Below are positions 29,839-39,663 of a stretch of DNA of 64,000 nucleotides, one piece after another. The first letter of the stretch is position 1, and the number at the start of each line of letters is the position of its first letter. The notes below the pieces were generated by a model. It saw nothing but the letters and a program-made list of their open reading frames with translations, was not told the DNA's origin and searched no databases. The translations under genes and the position numbers were made by a program. Source of the stretch: Candidatus Krumholzibacteriota bacterium (lineage in GTDB: Bacteria; Krumholzibacteriota; Krumholzibacteriia; JAJRXK01); the NCBI GenBank assembly GCA_963806035.1, contig CAWDWO010000013.1, positions 1 through 64,000 on the forward strand, given 5' to 3'.

Positions 29839-32274
29839 TTAGCCCTTGGCTTCCTTGTCGAGCGCGATCCCCAGGCGCTGCATCTTCTCGTAGAGCGTGT
29901 TGCGCCCGATGCCCAGATAGCGTGCAGCCTCTGAGCGCGAGTTCTTACACTTACGCAGAGCATGAAGAATGATGCGACGCTCCTCGACCTCCAGGTGTTG
30001 CTGGAGAGAGAGGATGGGAGGCGGCTTTTTGCCTCGCGACTCTCGTAGGGAATGCGGGAGGTGCTGCACGCGCACGCATCCCCGCTCCCTGGCGCGGGCC
30101 GCGCCCGCACGGACCGCAGACTGCAGCTCCCGCACATTCCCCGGCCACGGGTAGCGCTCGAAGAGTCTGCGCGCCTGCTTATCCATCCAGAATTCGATCC
30201 CGTACTCTTCAGATTGCTCCTCGAGGAAGAGATCGGTGAGCGGTGCGATGTCCTCAGTGCGTTCGCGCAGGGGTGGGACCCTCACTTCAAAGGCATTGAT
30301 TCGATACCAGAGATCTTCTCTGAAGCTTTTCTCCTCGACCTGGCGCCTGAGGTCACAATTCGTGGCAGCCAAAATCCTTATGTCTGCCGTGTACTCCACG
30401 ACATCACCCACCCGACGATACGTTCCCTCCTGCAAGAGGCGAAGTAGCTTCGCTTGCATCGCCATCGGAAGTTCGCCGATCTCGTCCAAGAACAGGGTCC
30501 CCGAGGTGGCAGCCGCGACCACGCCCGCCGTGTCACGATCGGCGCCAGTGAATGCACCCTTCTTGTGTCCGAAGAGTTCGCGTTCGAAAAGTGACTCCGG
30601 CAGAGCCGCGCAATTCACGGCCACGAATGGGCCGTCGGCGAAGCCGCTGTGCTCGTGGATGTAGCGCGCAACGACTTCCTTGCCCACTCCGGTTGCTCCC
30701 ATGATGACTGCGGGGGAGGTCGAGTGAGCAATGAGCTGACACTCCGTGAGAATTGCTTTCATGCGAGGGGATTCTGCGACAAGCGTACCTTCCTTACGCA
30801 CTGTTCGATTCTTCTCCTCTGTGCGTTGGGAGGCGTGAGCGCGGAGACGGGCAAGATCACGGGCTTCGCGCGCATCGTTTGCCAGTGCCGAAAGCTCGAG
30901 GCGTGAAAAAATGGCAAGCGCTTCTTCGGCTGCATCCGTCGCCGGATCTGGCTCCAAGACAGCGGCGAGCTGTATCAGGGTCTTCCCGAGTTCTAGAGGA
31001 TTATTACGGCGCCGCAACTCGGAAGCAGCCTCATTGAGAAGCGGGATTGCCTCTTCGGGACGCGCAAGCTGCGACAAGGCAGTGGCCTTGACGCGGAGAA
31101 TCTGGCCACGCTCGCGTGGATTTCCGCATGCCTGGACTACTTCGAGCGCATCATTGGCGAGATCTAGAGCGATCCGGGGATTCTGCATGGCAAGATGAAC
31201 CTCTGCCTCTTGCCAATACACTTCAGCGAGTTCGTAAGTCGTCGTTCCTGAGGCCCCGAGACACTTCTTTGCTTCATCGAAGGATGCCAGGGCGGCCATG
31301 TAGTCAAGGCGCTGGGTCTGGGCAATACCGCGGTATTCGTGCCACGTGGCGGCGGCTGTGGCATCCATGTCTGGTACGTTATTTTGGGTCTCTTCAAGTA
31401 CCTTGGAGGCAGCATTAACATCTCCGAGCAGTAGCTCAAGTCTCGCAAGTGCTATGAGTGTTTTTAGGCTGTAAGGAGTCACGCTGTTCTCAAGTCCAGC
31501 GTGGAGTTCCCGAGCATGAGTCAGGAGGGCTCGGGCTCTTGAGAACTTAGCTTGGTGATAACAGAAAATCCCGAGCTGACGGAGAGCTGCCGTGGCGGTT
31601 CTGTGATTCCCCAAACCAGCCGCGAGTCTCAGAGAGTTGGTAGCCAGGGCCTCTGCGTATCCCGCGTGCCCTAGTCCCCATTGTATCTCGGCCCGAGCCT
31701 GAAGCGCATGGGCGAGGAGCAAATGCTCTGACTGGAGGCGAAAGAGACCACAGGCAAGATCGATTTGATCCTCGGCTTGAATTAGATCGCCTGAGCGCGA
31801 AAACAACTTGTACCCCTCAAAGTACATGAGTTCCGCCAGAACTAGTTGGGAATCTCCTGGGTTACAGATTCGCCGAGCATAATTTGCAGCAGCTTGTGAT
31901 TTCTGTCTGCCACCGCCCATGAGTTCGGACCATGCCAGCTTGATCTGAATACGCGCGCGAGCTTCTGCATCGAGGGATTTTGCTGGCCCCGCAATAAACT
32001 CGAGTAATTTGCTTCGGTTTCCTGTTACATGAAGTGCGAGGGCGTAATGCACGCCCATCTCGTTGCGAAGTTCAGACTCAATGCTGTCCCACTCACGCAT
32101 AGCCTGCTCTGCAAAATCTATAGCAGTATCGAAGCGACCGGCCGCGGTGAGTGGCACGACGAGAGAAGCAGCCTCCTGGGGCGAGGTTGAGCGCGTGGAT
32201 TCTTCAAGCCTGGAAGAGAGTGCTCGTGACGTCTTCTCCAGTTGTCGGACGGTGCGCTCGAGGTCGGCGTTCAT
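29839..32274 (-). CDS. Sigma54-dependent activator (bEBP) with long N-terminal TPR region
   Basis: GATGVGKE, GAFTGA, LFLDEIGE, WPGNVREL, Fis HTH; about 480 aa of helical repeats. Confidence 0.93.
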   Translation of the reverse strand: MNADLERTVRQLEKTSRALSSRLEESTRSTSPQEAASLVVPLTAAGRFDTAIDFAEQAMREWDSIESELRNEMGVHYALALHVTGNRSKLLEFIAGPAKSLDAEARARIQIKLAWSELMGGGRQKSQAAANYARRICNPGDSQLVLAELMYFEGYKLFSRSGDLIQAEDQIDLACGLFRLQSEHLLLAHALQARAEIQWGLGHAGYAEALATNSLRLAAGLGNHRTATAALRQLGIFCYHQAKFSRARALLTHARELHAGLENSVTPYSLKTLIALARLELLLGDVNAASKVLEETQNNVPDMDATAAATWHEYRGIAQTQRLDYMAALASFDEAKKCLGASGTTTYELAEVYWQEAEVHLAMQNPRIALDLANDALEVVQACGNPRERGQILRVKATALSQLARPEEAIPLLNEAASELRRRNNPLELGKTLIQLAAVLEPDPATDAAEEALAIFSRLELSALANDAREARDLARLRAHASQRTEEKNRTVRKEGTLVAESPRMKAILTECQLIAHSTSPAVIMGATGVGKEVVARYIHEHSGFADGPFVAVNCAALPESLFERELFGHKKGAFTGADRDTAGVVAAATSGTLFLDEIGELPMAMQAKLLRLLQEGTYRRVGDVVEYTADIRILAATNCDLRRQVEEKSFREDLWYRINAFEVRVPPLRERTEDIAPLTDLFLEEQSEEYGIEFWMDKQARRLFERYPWPGNVRELQSAVRAGAARARERGCVRVQHLPHSLRESRGKKPPPILSLQQHLEVEERRIILHALRKCKNSRSEAARYLGIGRNTLYEKMQRLGIALDKEAKG

Positions 32275-32670
32275 CTAGCGCTCCATTCCATGAAGGTGAA
32301 TCAGAACAGACAGCTCTCGTAGAAGGTGAAGCCACCATGATGCACCTGATTGCTGGGGTCTTGCGAGTCTGGAGTTTTCCGTTGGGGCTCCAGTAATCGC
32401 AACCGGGGCAGATGTCTTCACGAAAATCGGCGAAGTGGAAGTGTCAGTGCTACCCACCAGTAGTTCGCCACCACCAGGATCCCCACTGCTCGAACTACCC
32501 GAACTTGCCTCGATGTCTCCTTGTAACTGGCCCGACTCGTAGATGATCTTGGCCTGGCTTACGGACGGAATCGTGTAGAGAAAAACGCCACAAAGGAGAA
32601 GAAAACTCACGAATATGCGAAACCAGTAGCTGCGAATGGTCATCTTCACCGTTGAACGGGAAGAATTCAT
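32275..32670 (-). CDS. Small secreted protein (signal peptide, GDPGGGE motif, amphipathic C-terminus)
   Basis: GGAGG RBS; its stop directly abuts the bEBP ATG. Confidence 0.75.
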   Translation of the reverse strand: MNSSRSTVKMTIRSYWFRIFVSFLLLCGVFLYTIPSVSQAKIIYESGQLQGDIEASSGSSSSGDPGGGELLVGSTDTSTSPIFVKTSAPVAITGAPTENSRLARPQQSGASWWLHLLRELSVLIHLHGMER

Positions 32671-32951
32671 CGGTGCCTCCTAGACTTATATCGATACAAC
32701 GCTAAGCACTGCAACCGACGTACGTCGCGTGCTAACTGGTCGTTGTGGCCAGACTATGGCCTTTTTGGGAGGGGTCTCGGCTGGGGACGAGCCATGACCG
32801 AGGGTGTCAACCACGATTAGACACTATGCGGCGCGTCGATGTCAAGGGGACCGGGGAATTCACTCGCGCGCATCAAATCACACCAAATGATTCTGCGGAG
32901 TGACAGATACAATTCTCAAATTGAAAGCTCGAGAACTCAAATCCTTGAGTA

Positions 32952-34086
32952 TTACTCCAACTCCACCACATGAAAGGTCGACAGTTGGCTCCCGGGAAGA
33001 CTCACATAGGACTGAGCGGCGTACCAGAACTTGGCTCCATCGAAAGCGAGGCCTTCGGGAAACGGCCCATTGACTTCGTCAGGCAGGTGGTACACGGCCA
33101 CCGTCTTCCCCGTGCGGTCGATCTGGTAGAGGTTGCTCAGGAACCACCCCACGCTCCAGAAATAGGTGCCGTCGTATTCGAGGCAGATGAGATCGCAAAC
33201 AGAGATCGGAACTGTCTCGACCACGCTCCCCGAAGCATCCAGACGATACAGCGCTTCGCTGCCCGGCCCGAGGTTCCACACCGAACTGCCGTCGTAGCTG
33301 AGTCCCGAGGAGCGCATGGGAATCCCAACCCTCTGCGTGATCGTCCCATCAGGCGTGAAGCGAATGAGGTCGGCCTCGTTGCGCGTACCCGTTCCGTCGG
33401 TAATGGAGGTCGGCAGCGTGCCCCACAACTCGCTGCTACTTGCAGCGAGATCATGGCTCGTCCAGAAGGCATCGTTTTCCAGCAGCACCAAGACGGTGTC
33501 ATCGAAGGCGTCTGCGGTGAGCGGCATCGTGAAATAGCCATATCCCAGAGTGCTGATCCACAGATGATCACCCATGACCGCCAGGCCCTTGATGTCGTTG
33601 GGAACTTCTCGATTGGAATCGAGGGCGAGTTCGCCGAGCTGTTGCTTCTCCGCATGCATCGACGGCCTCGAGTCCAGCGGTTGGAAGACTGAATGTGCCG
33701 TTGAAGCTCGTCGAAGCACCGGACACCTCTCCCGCCAATGCAAAAGTGAAGAGGTAGGGATGGGAATCGTAATCGAGCGCCAGGTGCAAGCTGTCACCAT
33801 CGCTCGTGCCACTGAGATCGAAGAAGTGCCAGCTATCATTCCCTCCTCGATCGCGCAGTACGATTTGACCCTTCACCACGCTTCCGGTGCGCGTGAGGTC
33901 CAGTAGCAGCCCTCCGTTCTGCGTGTGATCGAGGCTCTCGTAAGTGCCCTGCCAGAACTCGGCCGTGGTTGGGTAGCTGAAGTTCTCGGGTCCGGTGCCG
34001 TCGTCGTCGCACCCGAACTGTAGCAGGCTGAAAATGAGAATCAGTGGTAGGGGAGAAAATTTGAAACTGCGGTCGGCAAATGACAT
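32952..34086 (-). pseudogene. Lipoprotein with C-terminal beta-propeller; frameshift near 33655
   Basis: Lipobox QFGC; GLSYDG, LEYDG and GLAFDG repeats lie in a second frame. Confidence 0.7.
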
Positions 34087-34281
34087 GGCGCATCCTTCGT
34101 GTCGAGGAAGCGTCGACCAGGGACTCGATTCTAGCGAAAATCCCGCGCGGCAAGCAAGCCGACAGTTCAGAGCCAGCTTATGGCCCAGGAATCGGCCAAT
34201 CCTTGCTGGAAGACCAGCAGAACCCCTATCATTGCGTACACACGCGGCAGCCGTCCTTCATCCTAGATTTTGGGAGAGCCC

Positions 34282-35445
34282 ATGCGATGCCCCCCCAAGC
34301 TGCTTTCGATCCTGACGGCCGCCCTCTTCGGCTCGCTCTTCGCTGCGAGTTGTTCCAACGACTCCACGACGACTCCTCCCACACCCGAGTTCAACAGCCC
34401 CTGGGTCGAGGTCGCGCTTCCCGATACACTTCCCAAGAGCGTATTGATGGGCATCGCCTTTTCGGGAACGCGCGGACTCGCGTTGGGTGCGCAGGGAAGC
34501 TCTCAGGGATACGTGCTCGAATTCAACGGGACGAGTTGGCAGCCGCAGCAACTTCCCACCGAGGTGAACGATTTTCCTCTGGCCGTGGCCATGGACTCCG
34601 CGGGCAAAGGTGTGGTCGTCGGCGCCCGCTCCGACGGAGGAGGTTCTCCCGTGGTCTTCGCGGAGCGCCCCGATTGGACTCGCGTGGATCTGCCGATGGT
34701 CTTCGGTGGACTGCAGTGCGTCGCCGTCGACGCCTCCGGCACTTTCGTGGCCGCCGGACCGGGAAACTCCAATGTGCTCGCACTCAGTGGAACGGCGACT
34801 GGTACTTGGACGCAACTCTCAATCCCTCTTCCTGGTGATCCCCAGGAGAAGGCCCTGGTGGATCTCGCGTATCGCGATGGCAGCTGGGCAGCTTGTGGAT
34901 TCGACGACGGTGGTCAGGGCGATGAAAGCTCTCCCTTCTCCGTCGTACTGTTGAACCAAGGAACTGGCTGGGATCTGTTGAGTGGTCCCGGCTGCGGCGG
35001 CTGCGGCAGCCGCGAATACCGCGCGGTGGCCCTCAGCGCACAGGAGGGCCTTCTCCTGGGAGGCGCCATCACCGATTTCTCCGCCGGGGCCGACGATGAA
35101 TACACCGCGTTCCTCGCGCTCTACGATCCCGGCCGCGAGAGCTGGAAGGAAATCGACCTTCCCGCCCCGGGCGTGCTGGATCGAGTCAACGACATCCTGG
35201 TGACGTCCACGGGCGATGTGTATCTGGCCTGTGGGCTGGCCCACCAGTCCTTGATCCATCACGAGCCGACGGGCAAGACCTCCGTCGAATGGAGCAGCAG
35301 CGAGGAGTCGATCACGAGCCTGGCCGAGGACGCCTTGGGAAACGTCTACGCGGTCGGCGTGCACAATGAAAGAGTCGTGGGCGACCCGCCCGGCACCTAT
35401 CGCATCGGCCCCCCGTTCATGCTGCAACGGCCGGCCGAACTCTGA
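34282..35445 (+). CDS. Lipoprotein, probable beta-propeller
   Basis: Lipobox AASC; paralog of the next gene. Confidence 0.8.
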   Translation: MRCPPKLLSILTAALFGSLFAASCSNDSTTTPPTPEFNSPWVEVALPDTLPKSVLMGIAFSGTRGLALGAQGSSQGYVLEFNGTSWQPQQLPTEVNDFPLAVAMDSAGKGVVVGARSDGGGSPVVFAERPDWTRVDLPMVFGGLQCVAVDASGTFVAAGPGNSNVLALSGTATGTWTQLSIPLPGDPQEKALVDLAYRDGSWAACGFDDGGQGDESSPFSVVLLNQGTGWDLLSGPGCGGCGSREYRAVALSAQEGLLLGGAITDFSAGADDEYTAFLALYDPGRESWKEIDLPAPGVLDRVNDILVTSTGDVYLACGLAHQSLIHHEPTGKTSVEWSSSEESITSLAEDALGNVYAVGVHNERVVGDPPGTYRIGPPFMLQRPAEL

Positions 35446-35459
35446 TCTGGAGGTAGTTC

Positions 35460-36610
35460 ATGCGCATGCCCAGCAAATTCACCACCGTGCTCCTCGCAAT
35501 TCTCTTGTCTCGTTCTTTCAACTCGCCTGCTCCGATGGTCCGACCGATCCTCCGCCCGCGAGCAGTCCATGGAAAGAGTTCGCTCTTCCCGACACCCTTC
35601 GTGCCAGTACCCTCACGGGTATCGCCGCCTCGGACGACCGTGTGCTCGTGCTGGGCGCCACCGGAACGAGCGGCACGAAGCCAGACTACCTGCTCGAGTC
35701 CGACATTTCCCACTGGACCGCGCACACGCTCCCGGTCGACTCGAACGACTTCCTCTTCGGCGTGGCCATGGATGCCGCGGGCAAGGGAGTCATCGTCGGC
35801 GCCAACGCTTCCGGCGGCGGTTCGCCCGTCGTCATGGCGGAACGTCCCGGGTGGACGCGGGTGACTCTCCCCGTGACGAGCCACGACCTGCGCGCGGTGG
35901 CGGTCGACCCAAGCTCGGGCACCTTCTTAGCCACCGGGTCGACTGGTTCGAACCTGCTCGTGCTCTCCGGAACGGCCGATGGTAGTTGGACGACAGTTCC
36001 GATCCCGTCGCTCGGCGATCCCCAAGACAAGAGCCTGGTTGATGTGGCGTATGGCTCGGGAACCTGGGTCGCCTGCGGATTCGACGACGGTGCCGACGGT
36101 ACGGAAGATTCTCCCTTCTCCCTGGTGCTCATGGACGATGGCAGCGGTTGGACGCTGCTCAAAGGCATCGGATGCGGTGCCTGTGGATCTCGCAAGTACA
36201 ACGCAGTCGCCGTCAACCAGGCCGGTGCCATTCTGCTGGGAGGGGCGATCACCGACAATTCCGCCGGCGCTGCCGACGAGTTGGTGGCCTTTCTCTCGCA
36301 GTACGACCCCGTGCACGATGAGTGGAGCGAGATCGACCTGCCCGAGGCGGGTGCCCTCGACCAGGTCAATGACATCCTGGTGGCCGAGAGCGGCGACATC
36401 TATCTGGCCTGCGGGGAGTCCTCGGCGGCGCTGGTCCGGATCGCCGCGGCGGGCGGAGCCGCCATCGAGTGGCATAGCAGCGAGGTGATCCTGCAGGCCC
36501 TCGCCGAAAGTTGGAGGGGGGACATCTTCGCGGTGGGTTCCAGGGGACCCACCAACGTGTTTCCGCGTGACCCGTACATGCTCTGGCGACCGATCCAGCT
36601 CAGCTACTGA
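35460..36610 (+). pseudogene. Paralogous lipoprotein; frameshift in the signal region near 35510
   Basis: GGAGG RBS and ATG 35460; LAC lipobox and the body are in another frame; colinear with 34282-35445. Confidence 0.75.
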
Positions 36611-36864
36611 TGGGGGACTCAGCTGGGTGAAAATGAAAACCGAAGCCAAGGAAAACGTAAAAGTGAACGGAAATTTCACGAACACCCGTTCACTTTGCGG
36701 GTAAGTCCTTCGTGAACGGACGTCCTGCCTGTTCTTGCCCGCCGAATCGCTGGAATTTTAGCGTCATGGGGTAGCATTATTCTTGCGCACGTGCAACTTC
36801 CCCCGACTGGGTCCGACTCGGGAGCCGTTGGATCCGCCGTCATCGGGAAATCGTGCAATTGGGG

Positions 36865-36909
36865 CCCCTCGGCGGGAGTTTCGCGACTTCTGCCGAGGGG
36901 TGTTTTTTT
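36865..36909 (+). terminator. Intrinsic terminator
   Basis: CCCCTCGGCGGGAGTT-tcgc-GACTTCTGCCGAGGGG followed by TGTTTTTTT. Confidence 0.8.
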
Positions 36910-36994
36910 GCAGGGAACTTGATGAGCGAGTCAGCGTGGCCGGAGACGCGGGCCCGGCCGAGAATTGGGTCGAGCACCTGACGGAGAGCCCAAC

Positions 36995-38620
36995 TCAGTG
37001 CTGGCTGACGAGCTGCGGGACGACTTTGCCCATGATCTCGTCGAAGCGCGGCCCGCGCACCACTTGGATTTGTTTCTCCAACTCTCGCTCCATGCTCGCG
37101 AAGTCGAGTCCGATCTTCTTCCAGGCAAAATCGTCGTGATCCGCGACCGAGAGACCGTGGCCCGGGTTGATCTCGCAGCCGTGGTAGAGGTGCGCGAAGT
37201 AGGCGCGCTCGCTTTCGTGCCCTCCGCCGTACACCAGCACGTTCAGGAGGCCATTTTCAGGTGACCAGTCGCGATCCCGGATGGGGCGTGCTCCCAGCCG
37301 CGGATCCTCGAAGTACTTTTCCAAAGGACGGACCGCCGGCAGTAACACCCGGAACAGCGCACCCTCTCCCTTTTCGTTCCACATGCAAGTCGACGCTGCT
37401 CCAGTTTCCATGTCGGGCAGAAGCACGGTGAGGTCGGGCCGGTTGAGCGCGTTGTCGGTCCCCGCGCAGATGATTTCGGGTTTTCCGTCTTCGGAGAGGT
37501 CGGCGAGATATGGTTGATACATGTGTCCCGGATGGGCGTAGTGGGACAGGGGGGTTCCGCTTTCACGGTCGACGATCAACAAAAAGCAGGGGCTGTAGAG
37601 TTGTTGGTAGCAGATCGCCAAACGCGAACCCAAAGTCAGCTTTCCCGAGCGCCAGGTCACCGAGCTGACGCCCCAACTCTGATCGTAGACCGTCGTGTCG
37701 AGCGTGGTGTGCGTGTGGATCTCCGCGCGTGGAGGATGCCAGTCGAGTTTCCACACGAAGGAATCAGCCTGGGCATCCCACAGCCAGACCCTTCCTCCCT
37801 GACTGCCCCCGCGCCGGCTCGTCATGAGGAGTTGGGGGTCGTTCTTCTTGGGCCCCGGCAGCAACATGAGGTATCCCAGCGAAGCTCCCAATTGCGGAAG
37901 GCGAAGCGACGGCACGAGTTGTCTCAGGGGGGGATTTCCTTCCTGCGAGGTCTCGTCCATGAGCAGGGGAACGCCGATGTAGCGCGCTTCGACGCGGCGC
38001 AGCTGCGTGTTCAGGTCCAGGGCCGCAGATGCAGGCTGCGAAGACTGACGAAGCTTCTGGAGCTGGGGAAGGCTCCAGATCGCCAGGGCCAGGAGAATGA
38101 CGAAGCCGCCGGCGTAGGCCGCGCGCTTCAGCATTTGTTTGCGCCGGTGGAAGGGAAGATCGAGCTGGGGAAGATCGGGGAGGGATTCGCTCTGCGCCCA
38201 GCTGAGGATGAGCCGATAGGCCTCGTGCTGCCGGTTCTTGAGCGTGCGCTCGGAAAGACGCACCAGGCCCATTTCCTTGCGTTGGGCGGAGATGACGTCC
38301 CAGGTGTCGCCCTCCAGCACGTGCCGTTTCAAAAGAGTGATGGGCGAGACATCGTCCACCGCGGCGGGATGACGCGCCTCGAGTTCCTCGACCGCGATCT
38401 CCAGTGCGTTGCGGCAAATCTGCCGCACGAACTCGGGCTGGGCGGGATCGAGCTGATCCAAGCCGAGATTGCGGAAGCGCGGATAGGCGCCCCAGTCGAA
38501 TTCGAGCACGATCTCATAACTACGCCGGTTGAAGCGGCGCACGAGTTCGCACATCTGGCTCATTGCAGCCTGGGGCAGCAACGGACTCGCCTCGTTCCCG
38601 TCTCCCGAGAAACCGGGCAT
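36995..38620 (-). CDS. Single-pass membrane protein with N-terminal HTH-like region and C-terminal extracytoplasmic domain
   Basis: TWDVI...LSERTLKNRQHEAYRLI; TM AAYAGGFVILLALAIW; DLSEDGKPEII FG-GAP-like motif. Start 38620 or 38563. Confidence 0.7.
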   Translation of the reverse strand: MPGFSGDGNEASPLLPQAAMSQMCELVRRFNRRSYEIVLEFDWGAYPRFRNLGLDQLDPAQPEFVRQICRNALEIAVEELEARHPAAVDDVSPITLLKRHVLEGDTWDVISAQRKEMGLVRLSERTLKNRQHEAYRLILSWAQSESLPDLPQLDLPFHRRKQMLKRAAYAGGFVILLALAIWSLPQLQKLRQSSQPASAALDLNTQLRRVEARYIGVPLLMDETSQEGNPPLRQLVPSLRLPQLGASLGYLMLLPGPKKNDPQLLMTSRRGGSQGGRVWLWDAQADSFVWKLDWHPPRAEIHTHTTLDTTVYDQSWGVSSVTWRSGKLTLGSRLAICYQQLYSPCFLLIVDRESGTPLSHYAHPGHMYQPYLADLSEDGKPEIICAGTDNALNRPDLTVLLPDMETGAASTCMWNEKGEGALFRVLLPAVRPLEKYFEDPRLGARPIRDRDWSPENGLLNVLVYGGGHESERAYFAHLYHGCEINPGHGLSVADHDDFAWKKIGLDFASMERELEKQIQVVRGPRFDEIMGKVVPQLVSQH

Positions 38621-38796
38621 ACGCTCACGCCTTCCTCGCCGCGCTGGTCCCTTCGCGACGGCCGATGGACTTGCAAGAGCATTGACTGTGAGGTTTCCTG
38701 GGAGCTTGCCTCTCATTCTAAAGGTCGAGGGGCGGACTACAAGGGAAAGATGAGGATCAACCGCGAGACTGCGCGGCTCAGGGCGCCTTTTGCCGG

Positions 38797-39492
38797 CTAT
38801 TGCTGGTTGCTCAAAAAGACCGAACCGGCCACCACCAGGTTCAGATTGATGTCCTGGACCCAGAAACTCAGCATGGGCTGGTTCAGGGGATTGCCCACCA
38901 GGCGCGGAGGATCGCCCCTCGCTGGACCACGTCCCTCTTGCGCGGGAAACAGCGCCATGCGCCGCGGAATGGCGTCCTCGCGGTCGCCAGTGGCGAAGGC
39001 GCGCAGCAACTCCAGGGGCCACACCCGCGCGGGATCCGGATCCTTGTCCAGCGGGAGCAAAAAGAGCGCATCGCGCCAGCGCTCGTGCACCAGCGCGGCC
39101 GGATCGGCCCGAACCAGCGCATAACGCAGGGTATAGAGGCCCAGTTTCACGGCTTGATCGCGGTAGTCGTACCAGGATGCGCACACCTCCACCACCCCGG
39201 CCAAAGCCCCCTCGGCAATCTCGCCGTACGCCACGTCGCTGAATGCCTGCGGACTTTGCGCCTTTTTTAGTTCTCGTACGGACCAGATGCGCAGCACGTC
39301 TTCGCCCAGGCTGCGCACGACCATGCAGCCTGGTCGCAAGGCGGCCTTGAGTTGCGCTGGGCACGCCGGCGGGGGAGGCGTGTCGCGCAGCTCTACCCCG
39401 GTGACCAGGGTGTGCGCTTCACTCGCGGTGAAGCAGCCCGCGAGGCATGCGAACAGGACCCAGAGAAGGCTCGAGCGAAGGGGATTGCGCAT
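38797..39492 (-). CDS. Hypothetical exported protein or lipoprotein
   Basis: LAGC; W.DYR.Q.VK.G.YTLRY. Confidence 0.7.
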   Translation of the reverse strand: MRNPLRSSLLWVLFACLAGCFTASEAHTLVTGVELRDTPPPPACPAQLKAALRPGCMVVRSLGEDVLRIWSVRELKKAQSPQAFSDVAYGEIAEGALAGVVEVCASWYDYRDQAVKLGLYTLRYALVRADPAALVHERWRDALFLLPLDKDPDPARVWPLELLRAFATGDREDAIPRRMALFPAQEGRGPARGDPPRLVGNPLNQPMLSFWVQDINLNLVVAGSVFLSNQQ

Positions 39493-39663
39493 GTTTCGCC
39501 GCCGGTGCTGCTGGAGGGTGGACGCGATGAGAGCATTGCCGTGCGCGCGGTTCAAGTGGCGATTGCCAGGGCAGGGGCATTCGTGTCACTCTGGGTCGTT
39601 CTCGAACGATGGCTCATCGGCCGAGGACTGCGTTCTTTTTCTCCCGAGCAAGGCAATTGACGC

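Noticed and set aside
32671..32951. Sigma54 promoter for the small protein/bEBP pair
   Set aside because: I found no convincing TGGCA-N-TTGC motif with GG-N10-GC spacing on the minus strand.
38621..39364. N-terminal extension of the 789-aa ORF
   Set aside because: It overlaps the 38797-39492 gene in another frame and has low-complexity composition.
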